A stretch of DNA of 55,401 nucleotides, counting the filler, from Asterionella formosa (Eukaryota), in NCBI GenBank assembly GCA_002256025.1. It is 5 parts of 5 records of this genome, joined end to end, with 100 filler letters (N's around TTAATTAATTAA, not from the genome) between each part and the next. Parts side by side here need not be neighbours in the genome. Positions count along the whole stretch, not along the records: positions 1 to 11,015 come from NKIB01008902.1; positions 11,116 to 22,119 come from NKIB01008911.1; 3 more parts are not named here. One strand, given 5' to 3'. Under the pieces are notes generated by a model. It was not told the origin of the DNA, did no database searches, and saw nothing but the letters and a program-made list of their open reading frames with translations. Shown piece after piece: positions 1-11,157 of this stretch; positions within the stretch are counted from its first letter, which is position 1, and the number at the start of each line of letters is the position of its first letter. Made by a program: the position numbers and the translations under genes.

Positions 1-644
1 TGTTGATTAAGAAGTTCAGAAAGGAATTGGCCTTGAATAGCAAGTTGAGCCGCACCCCTCAGGAAATCGAAAATGAGCTTCCTCCCCAATTCTGGGAGTA
101 CAAGAAGAGCCAATGGTATTTTAAATTGACATTTAAAAAATTCGCAGGACCCACAGTTGACATGCGATGTGGAGAGGTTTTTGGCGATGCAAGCAACATT
201 CCACTATCTCGAGCAGATTGAAAGCATGGAGATCAGAATCTTCTCCAGCAGAATTATAAAAATGAATCTAAGAAAATCAAGCATGAACATACATTGAGTA
301 AACAAAGCATGTGGGCAAAGCTACATGCAGCAAAAGCATTGGAGGAGACTACTAATGTGTTGCATCGACAGGGCCAGCTAGATGACCTAGAGAAAACCTT
401 GAACTTGTTGTACAAGATGAAGCCAACAATTACTGATTCGGAATTTATTTCTCAATTGCAAGCTGTGCTCAAAGCAATGCCAAACTCACAAACATACAAG
501 GCAGATGTTGAAGTGATAATTGCTATTGATGGGACCATGAGAATAGGTCACATGTTATAGAAGTCTGGGATCCCAACGATGCTGATGAAGAGTAAGTTAA
601 TAAACTATTAATAAAGGCTTCATGTGGTACCAGGTAAAGTGTCC

Positions 645-832
645 AACTAGAAGTAGTAGTATTTGTTGAATATATGAGTTTGTTAGTTAATCTTGATATG
701 CAACTAGTTCTCTTAGTTGACGCCAAAGTATACAACAGGTGTTAGTCGAGTTCTCTCATTATTGAGTTCTGGTACATTCTATGATTTAACCCTAACCCTA
801 TATGCATCTTTATTGATGCGCGGGATCGCTCA
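645..832. repeat. LTR-like direct repeat, copy A
   Basis: GAAGTAGTAGTATTTGTTGAATATATGAGTTT...CTTGATATGCAACT...GATGCGCGGGATCGCTCAC aligns by eye to 4150-4362. Confidence 0.75.
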
Positions 833-1567
833 CTCTCCCACACTGTGGGAAAACCTTTTACCTATGAAAAGGTTTGATTTGACAAAATATTAATTTGTTC
901 CGTAAAAGGCATAGTTTGTCAAAAGTGATTTTGCTATTGGCATGTACTTTATTGATAATATTAGGACCTCGTCCATGATCATCCAAAGTAATAGGATTAT
1001 CCAAAAGGATTAAGATCTTGTCACCCATCACTTTGTAATCACAAGACCGACAATGGAAATTAGCACAACGTAGACTTTTGTCAATTATCACTTGTCAACA
1101 ACCAGTGATATATTAATTAATCAAGGGAATATGGAAAAACCCATGTTCTTGGTGAAATACTCAATGAAATATGAAAAGTAGCTCGAGCAGCATATGATGT
1201 ACTAGCTGCAAAACATGCATCCACAATGTTTTGAGCTTAAATTTTATTAATAGGAGGATGAGCCTTAAAAACAACCCGTAGACTATTACTGATAGATTAA
1301 TAAAAATGTTCACAGATAGGATTAGCTTGTGCATGATTCTTGTCTGTAGTTGTTACATCTTAAATTCCATTCAACACTAACATGTGAAGAAATGGAATAC
1401 CAGTAAATTCACCTCCACTATCATTTATACAACGTTCTGGATGGGGATACTAGTCTAACAAATCATTTTCAAATTATAGTGCAATGATATATTCTGATGT
1501 TTTATTGTTGATGCGCGAAATTTCTGCTAAATTGGTAACTGTATCAACACAAGTTAGAGCACCAAAT

Positions 1568-1930
1568 TCAACCCCTTGTGCAGCCGATGTTCCTCCACCG
1601 TAGAACACGTTGAGTGTGTAATTTATTATACATAAGATTACGATGATCAGTTTGAACAAGTAGAACCGCACCCAATAGCATAGAGCGAAATTCTTTGAAA
1701 GTTTCTACGCCAGAAAATAACGGTGCTTTGTCAATTGTAGTGTCATTTTTCTGGGCAGCAAATAATTTGCGAGAATAATAAGCAACCGAGAGATCGGTTT
1801 GCATAATGAGTGACCCTAATTGATAATCAGAAGCATCAGGAAAAATACGGAAAGGAAAAGTATGATCAGGATAACGCATGAGTGTATCTGCTAACAATGC
1901 TTTCATTACTTCAAAAGCTTGTTGATGTAT
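1568..1930 (-). pseudogene. Gypsy pol RT-RNase H fragment
   Basis: YPDHTFPFRIFPDASDYQLG...VAYYSRKL..AQKN...FKEFRSMLLG..LLVQTDHRNL...QRVLRWR is the typical Ty3/Gypsy RNase H motif set, with D-A-S and T-D-H motifs. Confidence 0.9.
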
Positions 1931-2979
1931 AGGTAGCCAGAAGAATTAAACAGTTTCAATTAAATCCCTTTTTAATCCTAAATACCACCGAGGTTTGAGG
2001 CCAGTTGAAGTTTATTGATATCCCAATGAGTCAGTTTCTTCAACAAATCATTTCATTTGGAATTGTACCTCTTATTGAATATAATAAATTTGTTTCAGCC
2101 ACAACAGCAGCTTTCTGTACTATCCACATAATTAGCAGCTTGAATGATCAATGCGTGAAAATAATCCTTGATAGGTGTATCAAAGTATAACAGCCATTTT
2201 GTAATTTTCTACATCATTATGTGTAGAAATCAATGACATGCGGAAAACACTGATATATCCATACTACAGGAAAAAATATATTTAGTGCAAAATCCATCAT
2301 AATTTAACCAGTTGGACAAATAAGCAAACTTGCAGAAGGTGTTAAAGCATGGTACTTCTGTTGCAGGATACAAGCTGACGGATTAGATTTGGGGAGCATC
2401 ATGTTGTATGAAAGAGTGCTGGCAAGGAAAGAAAAGGTACCTGCTATCATACATGGTATATATTAATTTTAAATGTTCGATAGACAAACAATACCTTGAG
2501 GAACAACCCATTCATAGATTAAAGATCAGGACCCACCGTAATCAAATAACACTCATGCATCTTACTATGTCATGTAAATTCACAGCAGCCACCAATCCTG
2601 GGGTTACTAATGAAATGGGAACAAAATGCAATGAAGCTTACATATTCTTAGGCAAAGAAAGAAATGAGACCGGAATCATGTCTTGAGATTTATGGGATAC
2701 GTTGAATCCGCCTATGTACTTTAAAATATCCCGCATAACAATAATGGCGATATCCAACCCGTAATTAGCTATCCTGTTAAAAACAAAATGTTTTCCAGGT
2801 AATGACTTACGCAAGACATATTCAATGTGCCGTCATAGATATATATTATTAAAAATAGCATCACTATTGTCACACATACTGCTGTTAAGGCGTTCTGTTC
2901 CGCATTCTGCTGGTTTTAGGCACAAAAGGCCACTAACTGAAATTTCCTGGGCAGATTCATAAAAGTCGGCAGGTATGAT

Positions 2980-4100
2980 AGCCCTTGGCACAGTACCCTA
3001 GCCATGCATCGTCATAGGTTTGACCTATGGACTTTTAGAAAGCATGCAAACAAGTCAGTAGTATCATTTTGATAAATCGCTTTCCTTTTTATTGCCATGC
3101 AAGAGTAACAGAAAGAGGGTTAGTAGTGTTAGTAATGTTAACTTGACAGGCCTTACTAGTAGTATGTTTGACTGTTGTTTTACTATCCCATTTGTGCATG
3201 ACCAGCTGCATTAAAATTGTATGTTCCCAGCCAATACCACAAAGTGTAAAATTATCGCATACAAATTGACATGCTTGTTTTATTGATGCATCACATGACT
3301 GCTTTTCAGCAATGAGAAGTCACGCTTGGTTTCCTCAGGCATTGTTACATGATTGCCTTCAACTTCAACTATATAAAGACAATTATGTGTTAGAAAATTG
3401 ATACCAGTCACGCGCATTCTCTTGACATAACACGATTGCCTGAAGCGATGAGAAGACAATGTTGTGTTATGGTAGAACTCATGATTGAGAATGTGCTTGA
3501 GATGATCTTTGAATGATTGTGGACTCTTGAAGGAGCAAAGTCAAAACCAAGCAAATCATTTGTTTTATGTTCTTCTCATTATTCCATACAAACTCTTGCT
3601 GGTGCCACACATCGGGAATAAAGTAAATGGCAATAAACCTCCAATATTCCTTGGCCAAGATCTCCTGATCTTCTGGATGAGTCATCATGAGTTTGAGGAG
3701 CTTATTTAAGGTCTTGAGACAGGCAACAAAGTCCATCGTCACCAGCATGATGAAATGTTTTATCGATTATTATCATATCATCCACTGATACTGACTCTCA
3801 AAGATTCCACGAGGAATACAGTCCTCTGGCCACATCACCATGATGACTTTTTGTTGAGACTGTCAAGGGACTGAGCATCTGGGGGGTGTATTGCAGGCTA
3901 ATGCTCATCCAGTCAGACAAGGCAATAATATCTGTGAGGCATCTTTTTAGCAGTGGGAGAACAAACAAAGAATCTGCTGGACTGAAGGTACATGTGTTAA
4001 GCCATATCACAGGACTTACTGAAATCAATCAACAAGCTTCCTCTGAGTGTCCATTGATCATATCTTCGTTGAAAGGCTCCAAAAATCGACATCAACATTA
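2980..4100 (-). pseudogene. Degenerate Gypsy gag-like region; second copy at ~52360-53410 (+)
   Basis: DFVACLKTLNKLLKLM...E.L....I..IPDVWHQQEF resembles the retrotransposon gag capsid segment. It is colinear with 52360-53410 in inverted orientation. Confidence 0.55.
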
Positions 4101-4149
4101 TTGATTCTAATTGGACTCTTTTTGAATTTAAAGTGAAGTACAGTATATA

Positions 4150-4362
4150 ACTTGAAGTAGTAGTACCGGTATTTGTTGAATATATGAGTTTCTTATTGAA
4201 TCTTGATATGCAACTCATTCTTTACGTTGACTCCAAGTTTACAATAGGTGGTGTTAGCCGAGTTCTCGCATTATTGGCTGAGTTCTGATACTGGTACACC
4301 GGTATATATATGATATAACCCTTTCCCTATCTACATCTGTTGTGATGCGCAGGACAGCTCAC
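4150..4362. repeat. LTR-like direct repeat, copy B (carries CCGGTA insertion at 4164-4171)
   Basis: Aligns to 645-832. Confidence 0.75.
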
Positions 4363-5449
4363 CAGGAACCAGAATACAACTATGATTTTTTTGCAGTACA
4401 TTTTCACGAACCTCTGGTCATGACACATGTATACTTGCAGTAAATATTGAACTGTGTATGAGCGATGCAAATAATTAAGGCACTCGGACATAAACCGTTC
4501 TGAAAATTGGGGAAAATGATAAATATTCATTCATTTAGACATCAACCATTGTTCACACATGTATGACTCATTGGAATGCCTGTATCTCGATGGGCACAGC
4601 ACAGCATAATGCCAAATAATTAATCATGACCCCCAATACGTATCTCCTTTGTTTGAATGTCATTTCTGCATCAGCAAATTTGTGATATGCGCGAACTGAA
4701 AAGCTTTTTTCTCTTTTGCAAAACATCTACCGGTAAATGTTAACCCCGGATGCAATTATTCTTTCTCAGACTGTCATTTCTGCATGAGCAATTTAGTATC
4801 AATGGTACCAGTACCAACAAATGAAGCCGCTTATATCTTTCATACGTAAATTTATACTCATCCATTCTTGAATGTCAACATCACTATTTCTACACAATGC
4901 CAGTATCAAAGTCAGTTGACAGAATATCGATCCGTTTATGCCCATTGTGCCTCCAGTCAGTAATGACGCAAAAAACTCGGCGTGATTGAAACGGCATGAG
5001 CATATTATTATCATCTGTTAGCTACGATCGAGCAGTACAGCTTTTTTCGTTTTTCCTGAGCGAATGGATGCATGCATATTCATTCTTGAGTACCGGTATC
5101 AATATTGATATTTCCTCTCAATTCAGGTATCGAAGTCACTGGACAATGTATCTTTACATTTATGCCTATAATGCCCCCCCAGTCCGCTATTATGCAAAAC
5201 TCGCCTGTAATAATGTAATTAAATACCGCTTTGTATTCCTCAAAGATATAAAGGTCGTTGAAATGACCGAACTGGAACTTGACTTTTTCATGGCTCATAC
5301 CGGTACATATACGCAGGACAAAATTGAAAATTGGACGGTCCGGTACTATTATTTATTACATACACAAGATTGTGATTGACCCCTTGTGCCATTATCCATG
5401 TTCCCATAAAAGCAACAGTTAAAACGAACAACCACAAATCTCATGAACA

Positions 5450-5878
5450 ATGATTTCATCAACAGTTTGCCCTACTGCTACTTCGACCCCTTCCGACGAG
5501 TCTCTCGTCCCTGAGCAACTTTTATCCCGTCTAGTCGACTCTCTCGAAGCCATGGAGGCCGTGCAGAATCTGACCAGAGATGTCGGCACCTTTGTTCTCA
5601 AACATCGCGTCGAAGCGAGCCGAAAGAGGTCGCAATCAGGTGATCTCATGACACAGTCGCTCAAAAGAAAAAGAGCAGCGGAGGAAGCCTTTGGATCTTC
5701 TGAACCAGTGGCTCGATCAGCAGAGACGTCCGTGAAGCGCATGCTTCTCGTTTACCAACATCTACAAAAGACACATGCGCTATTTCAAATTGAAATTGCG
5801 AAGTTCATTGACGAGACTGAGGACACCTGCTTACTAGCGGAGGAATCACAAGACGTTTCTTCCATTTCCGCAGAGTAG
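5450..5878 (+). CDS. Hypothetical 142-aa protein
   Basis: ATG-initiated ORF, more GC/CpG-rich than its flanks, with a helical composition and a basic KRKR patch. No family recognised. Confidence 0.5.
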   Translation: MISSTVCPTATSTPSDESLVPEQLLSRLVDSLEAMEAVQNLTRDVGTFVLKHRVEASRKRSQSGDLMTQSLKRKRAAEEAFGSSEPVARSAETSVKRMLLVYQHLQKTHALFQIEIAKFIDETEDTCLLAEESQDVSSISAE

Positions 5879-6479
5879 ATTAAATGTGGTGGCATCAGCT
5901 CCATCAACAAGTGAAGCCACATCGCACTGTGCACATATTCAGGTAATACTCCTTTGGTCGTTGCTTCCTTCTTGGCAGGTCATGACATCAAAGCCATTCT
6001 ATTTATAATAAAAGATATTTGTCAACACGCGATTGTACATGACGATAGTAAACAATCTGCCTTGTATCTCAGTTCGTCAACTCGTTTTCACTTCGTGCAA
6101 GCCTGACGTGTTCTTTGGTGAATTCGCCATTCACATTTATACTTAGGTATTTTATCCTCGTCGTTCCACTAGTACGTTAGGGTTGTACTGGACTTCTACT
6201 TGGCTTGCCGCTACCGGCATGTATGTGGAGGAAGATGCATTGTGAGCATATCTCTTGTACTGTACAACGGTATTTCCTTTCTGCCCACCATGTAAAAAGC
6301 CTTTGAAAATGTGCATATTTAGCACCCGTACCGTAAAACCTGTCTTTGTGTTTTGTACCCCTGAATTTACACAGCCAGCCACATTATTGATCATTCAACA
6401 TAATGAAAAAATCAGCTCATGGAACAGGGAGTTTGCTGCTATGAGTTCCCATGATTCAAGTGTCCATTTGAATATTTGA

Positions 6480-8100
6480 ATTAAATAGGAGTCGGCACCA
6501 GATAGATAGAGTTCCATTTTAAACAAACAAAAATGATATTTAAATGTTCATACTATATCTACGTTGCTGTAGGTAGACATAATTTTGTTCCACACCAAAA
6601 CACATGTATAAATCAGGAGTATGCCTAAGTGTATTCTCATGATATTTTTTATCCGTTTATATTGAATTTTTTATCTCCCCTTGCCGCAGCATTTCTGGGT
6701 TACTTTCATTCCTTCTTTGTTCCATGGTCTCACAATATTTCCCTTGTTCTTGTTTCAGAGCACAGTGGAAAGACGACTGTATCTCAGCAGTCCTAATGTA
6801 AATGCAATGTTCCAAAAGAAATGGAAACATTCCAGGGAGGTCGAGGCCATTAAAATAGCATGAGAGTTCCATTTGCTTTGTTGAATCATCATACATGGGG
6901 AACCAGTGGTAGCAACAAGAGAAAATGTAAGCAACGGTGGGAAACCCACCCCTAATGGAGAGCAAAGATGCAAAGATGCAAAGGTGCAAAGGTGCAAAGG
7001 TGCAAGCAAACTGACTAAATGATACCAAAAATGCCCACACATTGAGCGGCTGAAGTCGCCAAGGCTGCTTGATCAACATCACATATGCTCATGGCAATAA
7101 GCAAGCAGAATTGGCTTGATTGCTCTTGCAGACAGACAATGCATCCTCCCACCACAGCAACAAACTTAAACTTCTTGTGCACTGTTGATTGATGTGTGTT
7201 TAGCTAAATGTAGCTGCCTTCTCACATTGAAAAATCGCTTGAGTGATGGTGTACATCATGGTGGCAGAACAGCTGATGAATGAAAACAGAGCATACATAG
7301 TTAATAATCACATAATTGCATGCACCATACCAAAGCATAATCATTCTTGTTGTTTCGCGTGCTTTGACTCAAATGACTCATTTATATTCCCGTTGTTATG
7401 GAAATGGCAGATTCATCAACCCATGAGCCCTCGTTTTGCAATCTCTCCATCGGAAGTACTCCACAATAAGCCCTGCTTTCGATTGTGAGAAGCGCGCCAA
7501 TTGGAACTGGTCAGGACGATCAACAATTGAAATTCGCGTACGGCTTTTTGAACAATAAGCGATTTTCCGTGTTGATTTTTTTAGTCGCGGAAAATGTCGA
7601 AAAATTCCTCGATACACGGGGGTTGGGCAATCTAAATGATGGTTTCTGCATTTGAAATGATCCTAGGGAAAAACTAAAATATTGCGCAGGGTTTTGCGGA
7701 AATTTCCTAGAACTGGGAATGTTCATCTGCTATTATGAATATCAATGATTATGATTGAAAGATTTAAATCAGCCAGCGGAAGTTTGCGCACATGTACATA
7801 GATTCCTCATTGTTTTCGCTAACTATATGTCTATACATTCTCCATCACTCGATGTATATATAAATAAATATAGCACACTCTGCCCATTCTTTCAAGGAAT
7901 AGTGCATTATACTGGCAAGAAAATGTTAAATAAATTTTCAATATGGCCGTCATGGGTTAACTTGCAAAACTTCGCAAACTGGGCCAACCAAATGAAGGTA
8001 ATTAATTCACTGCGACCAATCCTCAGAATCTCAATAATGCAGCAGGCACTTACAATCGAAGTTTGTGTACAGGAAATTCTACTACTACTAAATTTTTTAG
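6480..8100. mobile_element. Non-autonomous or decayed copy of the repeat family also at 41580-42790
   Basis: 6494-6610 matches 42677-42785 directly (GATAGAGTTCCATTT...ATAATTTT...CACATGTATA). 7655-7860 and 7940-8080 match 41640-41850, 41870-41990 and 42380-42540 in reverse complement. Confidence 0.6.
6963..7005 (+). repeat. 8-bp tandem repeat (CAAAGRTG) x ~5
   Basis: caaagatg caaagatg caaaggtg caaaggtg caaaggtg. Confidence 0.9.
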
Positions 8101-9572
8101 CACAATAATACTATTTCGATGATGACGTTACGGTGCTTAGTGATTCTGATGCCGACATGTTGGAGACCTTCGAAAAGGCCGATTTGCTTAATGTTGGCTG
8201 GGTTTGAAAGTCGATTAATTACATAAGTAATCTTCATTTTATCACAGAAATAAACCTCTGGCAAGAAAGTGAAGAAAAGAACCTCCCGGTACTATGTATA
8301 CAAGTACCATATGCCAAATAAACCGGCCGCTAGGCCCTGTAATTTCTATTCTTTTCAGCATAGTAAGAAGGCAAAGTTTCTTCCTGCACTTTCTTGCCAG
8401 ATCCTATCCCCTGAAGATATCTAGAGTTTTCCTACTATACACATGCAGCCTGCGCTGTAGTCATTGTTTGTAAAAGCCTGGTTGTTTTAGCCTGTTTTCT
8501 ATAGGTAACTTCTTTTTTGAGTTTCTCCGAAAATTTAGATTAGCTTTTCAGCAAATGTCTATAGCACTTTATGTTAATCCTTGCATATTATGGAAGAATT
8601 GGCTATTGAGATACCCAGTGAGCACTATGAGGCACTAGAAAACCACAAGCAATGTTACATCAATCAGCTGATTGACAATGGTGGTGCTTCTGGTGTTGTT
8701 AGTGAGCTAATAAAGTGGTTTAATGATAACAAACAATAGGAATTATTAATTAGATACTATACTATGTTTTAAGGCACCTTGACAAAACTGAAGGATCTAT
8801 AGGCCATTTGCTAGGCGATTTGCATGCCCTGGAATTTCAAATATTGATCTCCAAACAAACAAAAAACTAAGAACCACCAATTAAATTTCCTATTTGTTGC
8901 TTCCCTTGAACCTTCTGATTTTGTATTGCTTGAAACGCTCACCCTTGCCAACCGATTCCTTGTCTTGTCGATGTCTGACTTAAAAGATACTTGTTGACTT
9001 TAATTATGCCAGTTTTCTTTCAAGTCAACCCATTTCCCATATCTTCGTTTTTGCTGCTTCCACAAGAAAGGGAAGGAATGAAAATGGACAACTGAGTGAG
9101 ATTCTGGTGGACCAAAATGAGCTACAATATCCGGTCTGCTGCTTGTCACTTATCGTTAGACGATGTCTCTCCTGTTTGCTTGCCTCATCAGGGACAACGT
9201 GTACACTTCCCTCAGCTCCAAGCGGCTACTACCTAAACATTACAATCATCTTGTGTGATGCTACAAGACAAGACAACAACTGATCAAGAAGACAAGCGAG
9301 AGGACAAGGATGAAAATGCCCGAAATGTGAGCTGTGTGTGACAATGTAATATTTGTATTTTCCATTGTACTAACTTTATCATGTCTTTGAAGGTTTCTAA
9401 ATAAAAAATTATCAATCAATTCTTAGAGTACGTTAAAGCTATTCAATAATCGCACTCATGCCCAAATAAATGAATAAACGGACACAATTATTACTGGTTT
9501 TATTCGTCCGTACCGTACAATGGGACCTGTCTTTTCGTCAGCCGCACCCCCCGGAACCCTAGGGACTACATG

Positions 9573-9650
9573 AAAAAGGCAGGTGGGGAATGCAGGAATC
9601 AAACCTGCCACCGCATCACCAGGAGTGCTAACCACTAAGCCATTTTTCCT
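9573..9650 (-). pseudogene. tRNA-like pseudogene or tRNA-derived SINE head
   Basis: On the minus strand: A-box TGGCTTAGTGG, T-arm GCAGG-TTTGATT-CCTGC (B-box with C>T), 3' ATTCCCCA, then a TTTTT run. The anticodon arm is short and the acceptor stem is mismatched. Confidence 0.55.
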
Positions 9651-10458
9651 CTATGAAGGGTTCTAAATACAAACATAAATCTGATGAATCTCCTACATTA
9701 TGAAATCATCGCGATTTGCGATTTTCGCCTTTTTCATCTCTTGGTGAATCTTGGCAGCATTCCAGACTTGAGCTTTCTCAAATGAAAAAAGCTGAAGTTT
9801 GGAATGCTAACAACAAGAGCAGTTCCATGAAAGCAGTATATGTAGCAGCATGACTGGTACCAGTACTCTAGTCTAATACCAGGGGTGGCTTAGAGATTCC
9901 CCACTGCATGGATTGCTCGCGATGCCTCACACATCACTGGATGCAATGGTACATCAGTTCAGTTCTACCGGAAAAAGTACCAGGATTCCGTGTACCTCCA
10001 CAGGACAGTCAATCGTCCGGTATTTGAGAAAATGATCGAACTGTTGTTCATCAAGACGAACACGGTGAAGCTAAGATGCTGGGTAGTGATTTTCGGTTGA
10101 AGTTTAATGAAGACCACCTTCACGGCGTTATACCGGATGATTGTCCGAAAAATATCTAGTACTAGCTTGCAGTAACTCTCTACTGAAGGTTAATTTTTTA
10201 AATGGAATCCTGATTGAACGAAAATGTGCCTTTTTTGTCAGTACAAGTGTGAGACATACGAGGCTGCAACTATTATTTAGAATTGCACCACCCAACATCA
10301 CTCAAATGTATGACATATACCATTTATGTGAATACAAGTATAGGTACATAATAATTATTGTAATAACTACTATAATTTTTGGGTGCACATGATTAATTAT
10401 CAGATTTACTGCTCATTTGCACATTCTTGGTTGCATCCTCTTCCCTTCATGCTCACCA

Positions 10459-10837
10459 TGTTGAAAGGTCTCGTACTCCTTCCCGTCTGACGGGTTCCTC
10501 TTACGTAGAACTTACCTGTTATACCACTAGTATTGTTATCTTCTTTCTGCTGCTAGCCTTCGTGCTAGTTTTCGCTATTGACCTTTCTCTGTCAATTCTC
10601 ACTGTTTCTTAATTATAAGATTAAACTAAAACTAAGTTTCAATCCCATTCATCACACTTCGAGAACCTGTTCTTCGTGTTCCCTTTTCGTTGATGTAAAC
10701 CTTCTTCTGATTGATCTAAGACATCAATCTCGTTAGCAAGCTTCTTGACATGGGAACGCACCATTTGACTCATTGGACTATAGTCGAGTCCACAGTCCTT
10801 GTGACTCATTATAGCCATTGATGCTATATTCTTGACA
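10459..10837 (-). repeat. Copia 3' LTR (TGTCAAG...TTTCAACA), preceded by polypurine tract GAGGAGGA
   Basis: TG..CA termini. PPT at 10838-10845. Homologous over its length to the solo LTR at 25701-26112. Confidence 0.8.
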
Positions 10838-11015
10838 TCCTCCTCGTTACCATGTTCAAGAAGTTCTAAAATTGTACCACTCAGCACGGGTCCAGATAAC
10901 CTTGTAAAAATCTGCTCTTTGACATTCTTCGTCAAAATGTCTGCTGGATTGTTTTCTGATCTTAGAAAAACAATATGCAACTCACCCTCATCTATCATGT
11001 TCTTGACATGATGAA
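10639..11015 (-). mobile_element. Ty1/Copia pol C-terminus (RNase H end), truncated by scaffold end
   Basis: HHVKNMIDEGELHIVFLRSENNPADILTKNV matches the Copia RNase H 'N.AD..TK' motif. Confidence 0.9.
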
Positions 11016-11157
11016 NNNNNNNNNNNNNNNNNNNNNNNNNNNNNNNNNNNNNNNNNNNNTTAATTAATTAANNNNNNNNNNNNNNNNNNNNNNNNNNNNN
11101 NNNNNNNNNNNNNNNTTTACTCTACAACTCCCTCCGGCTAAATCTTTCCGCATCGTC

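Larger units (their letters stand above)
645..4362 (-). mobile_element. Degenerate Ty3/Gypsy LTR retrotransposon (LTR-gag-pol remnant-LTR)
   Basis: Diverged ~200-bp direct repeats at ~645-832 and ~4150-4362 flank a gag-like fragment (3479-3748) and an RNase H fragment (1568-1906). Both fragments are on the minus strand in gag-then-pol order. Clean TG..CA ends were not resolved. Confidence 0.6.

Noticed and set aside
3..560. Two short ORFs at the window start that may be one broken gene
   Set aside because: No recognisable motif and truncated by the scaffold edge, so a call cannot be supported.
786..800. TAACCCTAACCCTA telomere-like sequence
   Set aside because: Only two units, internal to an LTR-like repeat, and the other copy differs.
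9490..9545. Minus-strand CTGACGA...GTCC...GGAC-GAA resembling a hammerhead ribozyme core
   Set aside because: Spacing is wrong, there is no GAAA and no convincing stems I/III. It would need an Infernal search.
11060..11071. TTAATTAATTAA palindrome recurring every ~11.1 kb
   Set aside because: Artificial six-frame-stop scaffold linker embedded in Ns.
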